Of a stretch of DNA of 32,000 nucleotides, positions 1 through 9,813 are shown piece after piece. The position numbers and the translations under genes are program-made. Every line of letters starts with the position of its first letter. Position 1 is the first letter of the stretch. Source of the DNA: Candidatus Saccharimonadota bacterium (GTDB taxonomy: Bacteria > Patescibacteriota > Gracilibacteria > Absconditabacterales > Absconditicoccaceae). Location: contig CP006913.1 in NCBI GenBank assembly GCA_000503875.1, positions 1,145,761-1,177,760 on the forward strand. The letters run 5' to 3'. The notes beneath the pieces were generated by a model that was not told the origin of the DNA, did no database searches, and was given only the letters and a program-made list of their open reading frames with translations.

Positions 1-1
1 G

Positions 2-433
2 GAACCAGAATTTGTTTCTTTTAGCATTTTGTTTCCTTACACAATCAATAACAAACCAGTCTATAATGCATATGGAAATAAAGCTGGAATTACTCTCGAA
101 GTAACTGCCGAGTGAGTAACTAGTGTAAATGCTCAATTGCTTCCATTCAAAGGAGCTGTGAGATCTTCAGAAAAACTAAGCAATGATGATATGGTTTCTT
201 TTGTGAAGAGAGGTGGAAATAATCCTTTCCGAGGAAATCAAGCAGAAATTGAACTTCAAAGCCCAGAAAGAGTTAATGTGTTGTTCAACGTTTGGAGAAA
301 CAATACAAACGAAGTTTATCTTTCTTCTGGAATTAGATTTGGAAGCAAGGTTAAATTAGATCAATTTAATCCACAAAACTATGAAATGATAATTTCTGAT
401 TACAAAATTTGAAATGGTAGTTATGGGTACTAA
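2..433 (+). CDS. hypothetical protein, 5'-truncated by the window edge
   Basis: The frame is open from base 2 to TAA 431-433 once TGA 113-115 and 410-412 are read as sense. This extends track ORF 137..412 in both directions. A hairpin terminator follows. No family recognised. Confidence 0.55.
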
Positions 434-460
434 TATCAATCACCCCATAAAATAAGAAGA

Positions 461-486
461 ATCTCGCAGAAATGCGGGATTTTTTT
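461..486 (+). terminator. rho-independent terminator
   Basis: The hairpin is ATCTCGCA-GAAA-TGCGGGAT followed by a T-run (481-486), 28 nt after the stop of the upstream CDS. Confidence 0.7.
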
Positions 487-580
487 GTCATAAAAAAACT
501 ATCTAAAAATTTGCCAAAAAATCAATTCTGGATACAATTATACTGGAAATAATTCTGTATTTTATGTTGTTATATTTCTC

Positions 581-1324
581 ATGGAAACAAATCTTCTTAT
601 AACACTCCAAAACTACGGTTTTTCTGAAAAAGAAGCCAAGGTATATCTTACTGTTCTCGAACTGGGGACAAGTATCGCTAGTACTATTGCGAGACGTAGT
701 GAAATTAAGAGAGTAACAGTTTATACTATTCTCGATGATCTCAAGAGAAAGTGAATAGCCAATGAAACCACCAAGGATGATGTAAAATTTTACAGTGTAA
801 TCAGTCCAGATATTTTATTGAAACAACTTGAACAAAAATTTGAATCGTTCAAAGAAAAGGTGCCAGAATTATTGGCTTTGGCTGAGAAGTTTGGAAACAA
901 AACAAGAATTCAATTTTTTGAAGGATTAGAGGGTATGAAAAAAGTTTATGCAGAATTACTTACTTCTAAAGATCATAGTATTCGTTCATTTTTATGAAGT
1001 CATGAAGCTCATCCAGTTTTAAGAGATTATCTGAATGAACATTTTGTTCCTCAAAGAGTTAAATATAAAATAAAAGCTAAAGTAATTTGTTGTGAATCAG
1101 AAGATAATAAATCATATCATAAAGTTAACAAAAAAAACCTTATTGAAGTAAAATTTATCAAGGATGATATTTTTAAATTATCTTGTGGTATAGATATTTA
1201 TGCAGGAAATAAGGTATCTATTGTATTGTTTAGTAAAGAAGAAATGTCAGGCTTAATAGTAACTAGCAAAAGATTTCATGATACATTAGCTAGTATTTTT
1301 GATTTTATTTGGGTGAAAAAATAA
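581..1324 (+). CDS. TrmB-family winged-helix transcriptional regulator (247 aa)
   Basis: ATG 581 to TAA 1322-1324 in a single frame. The N-terminus LQNYGFSEKEAKVYLTVLELGTSIASTIARRSEIKRVTVYTILDDLKRKGIA matches the TrmB HTH pattern. The Gly of the KKG motif is TGA 752-754, and a second in-frame TGA lies near 996. Confidence 0.75.
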
Positions 1325-1347
1325 TTTATTTTATATGTGTCTAAACT

Positions 1348-2841
1348 ATGCACAGCAAAGAAGAATCAGAAAAACATTTTAAAAAAATCAATTTTCTTAA
1401 ATCAAAAATTGCCTCCAAAAAGGGTAAAATATGATGAGTTACAAAAAACACAGAGAGCGATTTATATAATCTTTTCAATGAATATTCGAGCGCAATACAG
1501 GAAAAGAAAAAAGAAATTTTATGATGATTTGCAACATATCTAGAAAATAATGAATTACCCTCAGATATTTTATTCCACGCTTTATGACCAAAAAAATACT
1601 CAAATATTACACACAACAAAACATCGCCCTATAGTAAGATGTATTATGGAGAAATTCAAATGTTATTAGATTTGGTTGATAATAAGTCAAAATATATAAA
1701 TAAAAATATTATAGATATAGGTTGTGGTGATGGTATTAAATTATATGCTATGCTTCAAGAAGCAATAAAAAACAAAAAAATAGAATGAACAGTAGACTAT
1801 CTTGGTTTGGATGATAGTATTGATATGTTAAATTTTGCTAAAGATAATTTTTATAATATGTTTTACTCAAAAACAAAAAACAAAAAATGATTCCGTTATA
1901 TTCAATCAGATGATATAGATCCAATAAATAAAAAAATTCGTCCCTGGTTTCAGAAATCCAGATTTCAAAATATCAATTGATTAGATAAAAAGACACCTAA
2001 AACCATGTTTTTTTTAGGGGGAACATTTTGAAATCTTGGAAATTTTCAAGAAGAGTTTCTGAAAGATATTAATAAAATGCTCCAAAAAGACGACACTTTT
2101 GTTTTGAGTTACTTTCGCGTTTTGGATAGATCTAAATTTGGTAATTTAGCAGGAGATGAATTAATAAAAAATTTTTTTGAAAGAGAAAAAAAACGCTATG
2201 AAGATCATAATGTGGTTTACCACGAAAAAGAAATAGATATAAGATATTTTAAAAATATATTACCATGAATAGATATAAAGCAAGAAGATTTTGATATTAA
2301 TATGGAACTTGATTCTGAAAATAAAATATTATATGATGTTAGAATATCCAATAGAGATATTATTTATAATGGTGAAATTGTAATGCAAAAATGAGTTCCA
2401 TACAGAAGTGAATGAACAAAAATAGATGAACAAACACTGAGAGAAAATCTAAAGAAAGAAAATTTTACTAAAAATTTTGTAGAATCTTTGTATAGAACTA
2501 AAGAAACGCATGATTTTATAAATGAGTTTCTTGTTTTTAGATGAGTAGACCCTAAAGATTGTAGCATACATATAGAATATGAAGATAAAGACAATACTTT
2601 GTATATATCACTTGAACCACTAAAACCAATCACTTTTTTTTGGGAAGAAGATGGTATAAAAAAGACAGTTACTAAAAAACCATGAGATGTAATAGTTCTC
2701 CACAAATCTAAAAGATTTAGTGATTCTGAAATGAAGGATATAATTAAAAAAGCATGATTAACTATTGTTGATGAATTATGATGTAAAGGGGATATAGCAA
2801 ATCAAGACATAATGAAGCTCCTCGTAATCAAAAAACAATAA
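1348..2841 (+). CDS. SAM-dependent methyltransferase, EgtD/Methyltransf_33-like (497 aa)
   Basis: ATG 1348 to TAA 2839-2841 is one frame with many in-frame TGA and absorbs track ORF 2077..2268. It has SAM motif I (IIDIGCGDG) and a FFLGGTFGNLG motif (one Gly is TGA) resembling the LGSTIGNF motif of histidine-methyltransferase-like enzymes. The C-terminal half is uncharacterised. Confidence 0.6.
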
Positions 2842-2884
2842 AAATTTAATGTTTGGAACTATCAATATAATCAATTAATATAGT

Positions 2885-2932
2885 CTGTTGCTATTTTCTG
2901 ACAACACGTTTTACTAGGTAAGCATTGTATTT
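2885..2932 (+). repeat. conserved intergenic element, copy A
   Basis: CTGTTG-N6-TCTGACAACACGTTTTACTAGGTAAG-N-ATTG. The 26-nt core (2897-2922) is identical to 4122-4147. It contains the inverted repeat TGTTG-N11-CAACA and lies about 70 nt upstream of ATG 3002. Confidence 0.6.
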
Positions 2933-3001
2933 ACTGTGTTTTTTGTTATATTTGGAAATGTCAAGAGGTCATTAACAATAATAACTTTAAAATACAATCA
3001 A

Positions 3002-3211
3002 ATGAAAAATCTAAATGAGAAACTAGAGCTTCTTCATCTTTGTTTGATAAAAGAAGGTGTTCCTATGGAACTTCCAAAAGTGCTTGAGCAATATCAATAT
3101 GACTTTGTTAAGTTCAAAGAAATTGCTCAAAACTGTGAATCATCAAATGACGATGTGTATATAAATGCTCTTAGAGCATTTAGAGATGCTTTGTTACAAG
3201 AAGAAAATTAA
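3002..3211 (+). CDS. small hypothetical protein (69 aa)
   Basis: This is the internal ATG of track ORF 2936..3211 (MKNLNEKLELLHLCL...). I chose it because the upstream part of the ORF overlaps the conserved intergenic element. No in-frame TGA and no family recognised. Confidence 0.45.
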   Translation: MKNLNEKLELLHLCLIKEGVPMELPKVLEQYQYDFVKFKEIAQNCESSNDDVYINALRAFRDALLQEEN

Positions 3212-3270
3212 AACAAAAATAAATAAACCTAAAACCGGGAACAGGGGGTTAATACTGAACACAATGTATC

Positions 3271-3654
3271 ATGAAAAACAAACTTTTTGTTATCGAATCG
3301 GGAATAATTTTAGGGCTAACAATTATTTACCTATTGTTTCCACAAAAAAATGTTCATATGTTTTTTATAGTTCCATTCCTGCTTTTTGGTTATGTATTTG
3401 GACAATCTTTGAGTCAGGAATATTATAATCCTATAGGAAATAAAATAACAAGTATCTTGATTATTTTTGGGTCAAGCGTACTCCTATCTGGGGTTGCTTA
3501 TCTTCTTCAACGAGCAATGTTTGTAAAAAGCCTTTTTTCAGGGTATTTACTTTTCCTAGCCTCTGTTGTATGTTTAATTATTGTGATAATGTTTCTCCTT
3601 GGCAAAAACATATCACTATTAAACCAAAGAATCTATCATAATGAATCACTATAA
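3271..3654 (+). CDS. integral membrane protein (127 aa, about 4 TM segments)
   Basis: This is a track ORF with four long hydrophobic stretches and no in-frame TGA. The overlapping ORF 3165..3428 is rejected. Confidence 0.6.
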   Translation: MKNKLFVIESGIILGLTIIYLLFPQKNVHMFFIVPFLLFGYVFGQSLSQEYYNPIGNKITSILIIFGSSVLLSGVAYLLQRAMFVKSLFSGYLLFLASVVCLIIVIMFLLGKNISLLNQRIYHNESL

Positions 3655-3666
3655 ATACATAAAAAA

Positions 3667-4005
3667 ATGAAAAATCTATTTTTTGCTGCAAGTATTCTAG
3701 TAGTACTGGCCTCTTGCAATCCAAAAGAAAAACGTGCTTTTATCCTTGGACAGGAGAGAGGAAATGATACAACAATCATTGCGTTGAAATTTAATATGCC
3801 GAATGCATTTATTGTTTCTGTATTCACAGAATCAAGATTGTCTCCTAGCATAGAAAAATTTCCAACAAATTCTACTTACCTTCCACCAGATAAAAAGGGA
3901 TTAACAGTTTATATTCCAACCACCAAAAGTGGAACAAGATTCTTGGTTATGGTTACTGATGTAAAAAATCAGAAAACAATAATGATAGAATCAAAAACAG
4001 AGTAA
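3667..4005 (+). CDS. putative lipoprotein (112 aa)
   Basis: This is a track ORF. The signal peptide has a lipobox (ILVVLASC), the gene starts 13 nt after the preceding gene, and a terminator lies downstream. Confidence 0.6.
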   Translation: MKNLFFAASILVVLASCNPKEKRAFILGQERGNDTTIIALKFNMPNAFIVSVFTESRLSPSIEKFPTNSTYLPPDKKGLTVYIPTTKSGTRFLVMVTDVKNQKTIMIESKTE

Positions 4006-4068
4006 GATCTCCGCTTAAAAGAGAGATTCCAGGGAGTTGTGGACTGGTAGTAAATTCACAACACATAG

Positions 4069-4097
4069 CTGACAAGGTTTTCTTTGTCAGTTTTTTT
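4069..4097 (+). terminator. rho-independent terminator
   Basis: The stem is CTGACAA / TTGTCAG (4069-4075 / 4084-4090), followed by T7 (4091-4097). Confidence 0.7.
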
Positions 4098-4108
4098 ATA
4101 TTCAAAAG

Positions 4109-4156
4109 CCTGTTGTAATTATCTGACAACACGTTTTACTAGGTAAGTATTGATAT
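4109..4156 (+). repeat. conserved intergenic element, copy B
   Basis: This has the same architecture as 2885-2932, with an identical 26-nt core at 4122-4147 and TGTTG-N11-CAACA retained. It lies about 60 nt upstream of ATG 4216. Confidence 0.6.
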
Positions 4157-4215
4157 TTAGAAGGAATTATATAATAATAAGAATGTCAATATTTATATTC
4201 TACTCTTATTTAAAA

Positions 4216-5616
4216 ATGGCTGATTTGCTTAGTTATGTTTCCAAAAATTTTCTTAGATCAGAAAAATGACAAGAAGGTTTATCTATAATAAAAAAAGACA
4301 TTTTGTTAGAAGATAAAATGAAGAGATTATATACTCTTTTGAAAATAGATTTACATTGTGGAGTGAAAGACATAGAAGATATGCTTGTCAGGTGTAATGA
4401 AGAAATAAAAGTTCTGAAAATAGCTAAAGAAAAACTTCAAGAATGATACAATAGTAATATGCAACCAATTATACCAAAATATGAAGAAGTGAGAGATCTT
4501 TTATCAGATTACAGAGTTCTTCTTAATTTTCTTTGAGAATTAAAAGGTGGTTTGTGAAAAACTTTTTTGGATCATGAAAAAATTTGAAAATTTCAGGAAA
4601 TATATAGTACTTTAATTAAAAGATCAAAGGAATTAGAAGCTTTTTTTGAAAAATGGGAAAATTTAACAGTAACCAATAATGCAAAAGAAGTGATTTTATG
4701 AACTGATGAATGTGTTAAAAAAACATTAGAAAAAGAAAAATTAGTAAATATTCAGATTCCAAGATTGGCTAAAATATTAAAAGCTATAGACGAAAAATAC
4801 AAACCATTAAAATCAAATGCATATGTAAAAGACTTGTTGAAATATCTTTCTATTTGATATAATCAGAATATTGAAGTTGATTTTTATAAACAAGCAACCC
4901 AAGAAAAATGAGAAGGTTGAAGCGAAAACATATGTGAATTTAAACATAAAGAAAATATTATAGAAGAAATGTTTCTTTATCTGGAAGAGAATGGTATTAA
5001 GTCTGATGAAAAAGATGTTATAGTAGATAAAGGAAGTCCTACGCTCTATATTTATATCAAAGAAATGAATAAAACGGTTGTAATCTCAAATCGCTACGGA
5101 ATATGAACCCATATTTATAATGGAAAAGTGGATATCAAAGAAATAGAAAGCAATACAATCGACTATCTATTAGAAAAACATGACGGAAAAAGAATTAATT
5201 TTCTCTTGGAGTCTGGATGACTTGTTGCTTGGAAAAAAAGATTTGTTGATGCTTTATGAACTGAAAAAACATCAGATGAGACAATAGATGAAATAAAAAA
5301 TCATTGAGGAGAAAAACAAATAATCGAAGTTAAAAGACATATCCCTTTATTCGAGAGAGTAAGAGCCTTTGCGGCAGATAAGAAAAATATAAATCTAAAA
5401 ACAGTAGATTGCAATAAAACATATCAAGCAATTATTACTTCTATAAAACCATGAAGAGTATATGTTTGTATAGGATGAGAAGATAATCAGGCCTTTGGGT
5501 TTTTTAAATATATAAATCAAGAAGATATTAAACATTTTTGCCCATGAGATATTATAAAAGTTATTCCAGAAAGAATATATGAGAGATATCCTATTATCTT
5601 TAGAAAAACATCATAA
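4216..5616 (+). CDS. hypothetical protein (466 aa), K/E-rich
   Basis: ATG 4216 to TAA 5614-5616 is one frame with 16 in-frame TGA by my count and no TAA or TAG. It is absent from the standard-code track because of its TGA density. No family recognised. Confidence 0.65.
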
Positions 5617-5644
5617 TATTTATTTTTTTATTGTAATATATCCT

Positions 5645-5818
5645 ATGTCTTCAAACAGTGATAATCCTCAAATACTATCAGAAGAAAAAATAGTTTTAGA
5701 TACGAAAACCCAATCTCTCAAAAACAAAAAAATATATTTTGATTCTGATGGAACTGAAGTCAAAATTGGTTATGATGACGAGACATGAATAGGTTTCGTT
5801 GAAATTATTTCAGATTAA
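5645..5818 (+). CDS. small hypothetical protein (57 aa)
   Basis: This is the internal ATG of track ORF 5579..5788 (MSSNSDNPQ...). It reads through TGA 5786-5788 to TAA 5816-5818, and a terminator follows immediately. Confidence 0.4.
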
Positions 5819-5824
5819 GAAGGG

Positions 5825-5847
5825 TCTCGCAGAAATGCGAGATTTTT
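5825..5847 (+). terminator. rho-independent terminator
   Basis: TCTCGCA-GAAA-TGCGAGA followed by TTTTT. It is almost identical to the terminator at 461-486. Confidence 0.7.
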
Positions 5848-5909
5848 CTCTTGCCTTCTTTTTTTTAAACGCTACACTTAGAAAAATCTTTAGCTTCTTC
5901 ATCGAAGAA

Positions 5910-7112
5910 ATGTCTGTCTATTCATTCTCTCAACTCCAGGTTTTCCAGCAATGCCCACGTAAATATCAGTACAAATATGTAGATCAAATCAAGGAAAAAG
6001 AATTTGAAAGTTCGCCAGATTTAATATTGGGACATAGTGTGCACAAGGTTTTGGAGAATCTCTATAACAATGTGAATGTCTTCAAAATTCCAAATCTAGA
6101 AGAGGTATTGGAAGATTTTCATGCTACACGAAACCAGGAAATAGCAGATGCAACCAAAGAAAAGCCACTTCAGATCAAGGGACAACAAACCTTGGAAGAT
6201 TATATCAGAAGAGGAGAACACTACGTGAATGCGTATTACAAAAAATATGCTCCATTTACAGGAGTCCAGGTGATAGCTACGGAAAGTATGGTGAATTTTG
6301 ATTTAGACACCGCTGGACAACAAAAATTCCGCGGGGTAATCGATAGAATAGATAAGGAAGGCGATACCTTTGTGATCAACGATTATAAGACCAACAAAAA
6401 TCTCCCTCCCGAACAAAAGCAGGAATATACCGAACAACTTTCTCTCTATGGACTAGCACTCCAACAAAAATATGGAAAATATTTCAAACAAATAAAAGCC
6501 AGATTACATTATCTCCATTTTGATATTACGGACGAACGGGAAATTACGGATGATGTTTTGACTACGGTTGTCCAAAAATATTCGAGCATTATCGAGTGAG
6601 TAGAACACAAAAAATTCGCCTACAATATGGGGGACAAAAGGGCTTTTGAACCTGTTCAAAACGAGTATTGTAAATATTGCGAGTATATGTCGATTTGTCC
6701 CCTTCGGGCACACATGAAATACGATGACGAGGTAATATGAGGCGAACTGGGAGCGAAGACAGTGAAAGGTCTAGTCGACGAATACGTCCAGTTCGCCAAA
6801 CAGGAATCCGAAGCAAAGGCGCAAAAAGAACTCCTCAAGGATATGCTTGTTGAATACCTCGAAAAAAAATGACTCCTCAAATTATTTGGAAACGCCTATA
6901 AAATCTCTGCCAGCCAAGGAGAAAATGTCTCAATCAAAGATAAAGATCTGCTCGTGACTAAACTCCAAGAACTTGGAATACTAAATGAAACCTTGGATAT
7001 AGACAGATTTAAATTGCAGAAATTGATAAAAGACGGAAAAATAGATATCTCTAAACTCAATTGATCAGCAGAAAAAAATGCAAGCTGGACACTAAGATGA
7101 AGCGCTTTATAA
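5910..7112 (+). CDS. PD-(D/E)XK nuclease, Cas4/RecB/AddB-like, with a Cys cluster (400 aa)
   Basis: ATG 5910 (MSVYSFSQLQVFQQCPRKY) lies within track ORF 5799..6599. The gene continues through four TGA to TAA 7110-7112. Motifs are GVIDRID...FVINDYKT (D...[DE]xK) and the Cys pattern C(N-term)...CKYCEYMSIC, typical of Fe-S Cas4/AddB nuclease domains. A C-terminal extension of about 130 aa is uncharacterised. Confidence 0.75.
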
Positions 7113-7147
7113 AAAAAACTCCTCTTATTCAGAGGAGTTTTGTTGTT
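7111..7147. terminator. bidirectional terminator between convergent genes
   Basis: A perfect 9-bp stem AACTCCTCT / AGAGGAGTT (7117-7125 / 7131-7139) is flanked by an A-run upstream and a T-rich tract downstream. Confidence 0.7.
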
Positions 7148-7159
7148 AAAACAGAAATA

Positions 7160-7663
7160 TTATTTATGGAAAATCACATTTCCACTACTGATTCCTTCTT
7201 CAATTTCCTCTTCATCAGAAATTTTTTCCAATTCTTTTTCGCATTTTTCGCAATGACTTACGAAAGGATCTTGGAATTTAATTGCTTGTATGATCATAAG
7301 CTCAACATCTATACTTTCGTCTCTAGCATTAATTACAAAAATTTCTTCTTCACTCGTTTCTTGCTCTTCTTGTTTGATTTTTTCACTAATAACAAATCTG
7401 GAAACATATTCGGGAACAACAACTTTTCTTGTATAGTGTACTCAACAACGATCGCAGGTTTCTTCAAGAGTACAAGAAATATTTTCTAAATTCACATACA
7501 AAGAATCTTGATTCAATGAACGTAAAACAATAGTTCCAGAAATCCCTTCCTTGTTAAGATTTGGTAATGCTGAAGTAGTTTTTTCTTCAAAAGTAAGGGT
7601 GTCTACTTTCCCTCATTCTTTCAATAAATCTCCAACTTTGATAATAAAATTTTTATCTTTCAT
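7160..7663 (-). CDS. YceD/DUF177 family protein (167 aa)
   Basis: On the minus strand, ATG (7661-7663) to TAA (7160-7162) is 504 nt. The protein reads MKDKNFIIKVGDLLKEGGKVD...CDRCG...HCEKCEK, and the paired CxxC motifs and overall layout are typical of DUF177. There are two in-frame TGA. The antisense track ORF 7061..7489 is rejected. Confidence 0.65.
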
Positions 7664-7764
7664 TTGTGCATAAAAACAATAAAATAGCTCATAGCTAATA
7701 ACTTATAGCGTATAGCAAGCAATCAGATACTATATTTTTACCAAGGATTTTCAATTGTTTATCA

Positions 7765-8946
7765 ATGAAAAATATGCGAAATATTACTAAGCAAAAATTT
7801 GATACCAAGATATTTTTTTCTTTTCATAATTTTTTTTCTCAACATATTTTCAAAAACGATATTGTAGCGGTTGCTGTTTCTGGCGGTCCAGATAGCATGT
7901 TTTTGAGTTGCTTACTTTATGATTTTTTTGTTTCTCAAAAATATAATACAAAAAATCTGATTTTTATTCATCTCAATCACGGCGTAAGAACTGAAAGTAT
8001 CGAAGAAGCGAAAAATATTAAACAACGATTTACATGAACATCATTGGAAATTATTACCAGACCAAAAACACTCAAAGCAACAGAAAATGATCTTAGAAAA
8101 CGAAGGTATCAAAAGTTTTTGGATACGATGATAAAGCATTGAGCAAACAAAATTTTTCTTGGACATCATTTTGATGATCGTGTAGAAACATCACTTTTAA
8201 ACTTGCTTCGTGGATGTGGAGTAGATGGATTTATAGGAATCAAACCAATCGAACACCATCATCTTTTACATGGAAAATTAGTTGTGAGACCGTTATTATC
8301 TCTTCGTAAAACAGAAATTCTTGATACATGTAAACAACAAAATATCCCTTATGTCCAAGATATTTCCAATCAAGATATTTCCGTAAGTCAGAGAAATTAT
8401 TTGAGAAATGAAATTATTCCCAAGCTTTTTTTACAAAAATGATTTGAAAAATTATTTCAAAAACGATACCAAAAATATGATAGCCAATCTATAGAAAACC
8501 TCTTACAACCAATAACAATAAGTCTTTATCGAAAAGCAAAATCAGCATATTATTTGATAAAAAATAGAAAAGAATGTAGCGCCCAAGATCTTCTTCGTAT
8601 CTTTAAACAACTACATGCAAGCGCTGGAATTACGACCAAAACCTTACAAGAATTTCTGCCTTTTGTACAAACAGCAAACAAAGGTCGGAAATCAATTCAA
8701 GGCGTAATAGTTATGATTGCCCATGGAAAAGTATATTTCTTCGTTGCCTCAGAACGTTTTCGAGAAAAAACTATTGATAACAAAACTCAAATTACTACCC
8801 TTCATTATAGAGGGAAAACGCGGAATAAATATTGTATTACCGAAAAAATTCCTATTTTCCGAAGGAACTTTATTCCTGTTGTTATAAAAGGAAATAAAAT
8901 TATTTCTTGGGACAAAAAATGATGGGAAAACACGACCATTTTTTAA
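7765..8946 (+). CDS. tilS: tRNA(Ile)-lysidine synthase
   Basis: Track ORFs 7765..8037, 8203..8442 and 8554..8922 are all in frame 1 and are joined by TGA codons. It has the PP-loop VAVSGGPDS and the GHHFDDRVETSLLNLLRGCG motif, and ends at TAA 8944-8946. Confidence 0.85.
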
Positions 8947-8962
8947 TCTTTTTTACTACTTC

Positions 8963-9457
8963 ATGCGAGAATATATACAACCTATTGTATTCCAAATTAC
9001 GTCTACACGATCATATATAGTTATTACTATTTCAGAAAAACGAGGACGAACGCCACGAGTCGTAGAATATATTTTTGTTATTGGTGTTTTGTATCTTATA
9101 GCATTATTCTTACTCCACAAAGTCTATCGTTTTTTTGTCCATTCGGTTTTAAAACAAAAAGCGAATTTTTTCTTGGCATGCGATACTGTTTTATATCAAT
9201 TTCAATTAGAGAGTAACGAAAATCAACAGGATATATCTTGGATTAAAGAATTATTAAAAAAAGGATCGTATGAACAATCCTATAAATTATTTTTGGAAAA
9301 AACATCATTACTTCCTTTGGAAGCAGCAGAACACTTCAAAAGAAAACTTGAGAAAACTCACACCGCATACATCAATACATCCAAAAGAAAAACTTTTTGT
9401 GGGGTATTTTTGGTACTAGTTACTTTGGGCGTTTATAAGTTATTTCTAGAAAATTAA
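8963..9457 (+). CDS. hypothetical membrane protein (164 aa)
   Basis: This is a track ORF with two hydrophobic segments and no family recognised. Confidence 0.5.
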   Translation: MREYIQPIVFQITSTRSYIVITISEKRGRTPRVVEYIFVIGVLYLIALFLLHKVYRFFVHSVLKQKANFFLACDTVLYQFQLESNENQQDISWIKELLKKGSYEQSYKLFLEKTSLLPLEAAEHFKRKLEKTHTAYINTSKRKTFCGVFLVLVTLGVYKLFLEN

Positions 9458-9693
9458 TTTAATAAAATAGGTGGTCTTTTTTTGGATTGCTTTCTATCAA
9501 ATTGTTCTAATTCTTCAGAAATCTGATATTCATTATGATGCTTTTTTTCTGGTTTTTTTGTTCAAACTCCTATTGCACGTCAAAGCTCTTCAAGTCCCAT
9601 AGAAAGGCTGAGTCCTTTTCTTGTTCCAATAGTATTTGCCAGGCTTTCTTTTTGCTTTTCAGTTTGTTGGCCTAATTGATTATTTTCGCTCAT
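9454..9693 (-). CDS. small hypothetical protein (79 aa)
   Basis: On the minus strand, ATG (9691-9693) opens MSENNQLGQQTEKQKESLANTIGTRKGLSLSMGLEELGRAIGVG..., with two in-frame TGA, ending at TAA (9454-9456). Under standard code it would be only 37 aa. The call is weak. Confidence 0.35.
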
Positions 9694-9751
9694 AAGTGAA
9701 TAGGAGAGATAAAACTAATTCTTATATATCTTTTTTTATGAGAAAAACAAA

Positions 9752-9786
9752 CAAAAAAAAGAGTTCCAGTAAAAAACTGGAACTCT
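9752..9786 (-). terminator. rho-independent terminator of the T9SS-like operon
   Basis: A perfect 11-bp stem AGAGTTCCAGT / ACTGGAACTCT (9760-9770 / 9776-9786) has a 5-nt loop. On the minus strand it is followed by T8 (plus-strand A-run 9752-9759). It lies 28 nt after the stop of CDS 9814..11175. Confidence 0.8.
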
Positions 9787-9813
9787 TTAATCTATTATTT
9801 CTTCTGGTACTAG

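Noticed and set aside
4021-4066. Hairpin GTTGTG-N15-CACAAC after the lipoprotein gene as a possible small RNA
   Set aside because: The stem is short (6 bp) with a large loop in an AT-rich 3' UTR, just before a canonical terminator. There is no second copy or conservation evidence.
6504-6880. Stack of three overlapping minus-strand ORFs (6504..6713, 6589..6816, 6656..6880)
   Set aside because: They lie antisense to the locally GC-richer 3' part of the PD-(D/E)XK nuclease gene. Their translations are low-complexity and R/S-rich, while the plus frame carries the CxxCxxxxxC nuclease motif.
7061-7489. Plus-strand ORF of 142 aa
   Set aside because: It is antisense to the YceD/DUF177 gene, which has recognisable CxxC motifs, and it begins inside the 3' end of the nuclease gene and runs through the terminator.
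9454-9457. Convergent genes sharing a palindromic TTAA double stop, here and at 24661-24664
   Set aside because: The overlap is real, but it is a trivial consequence of TAA stops on both strands in a compact AT-rich genome.
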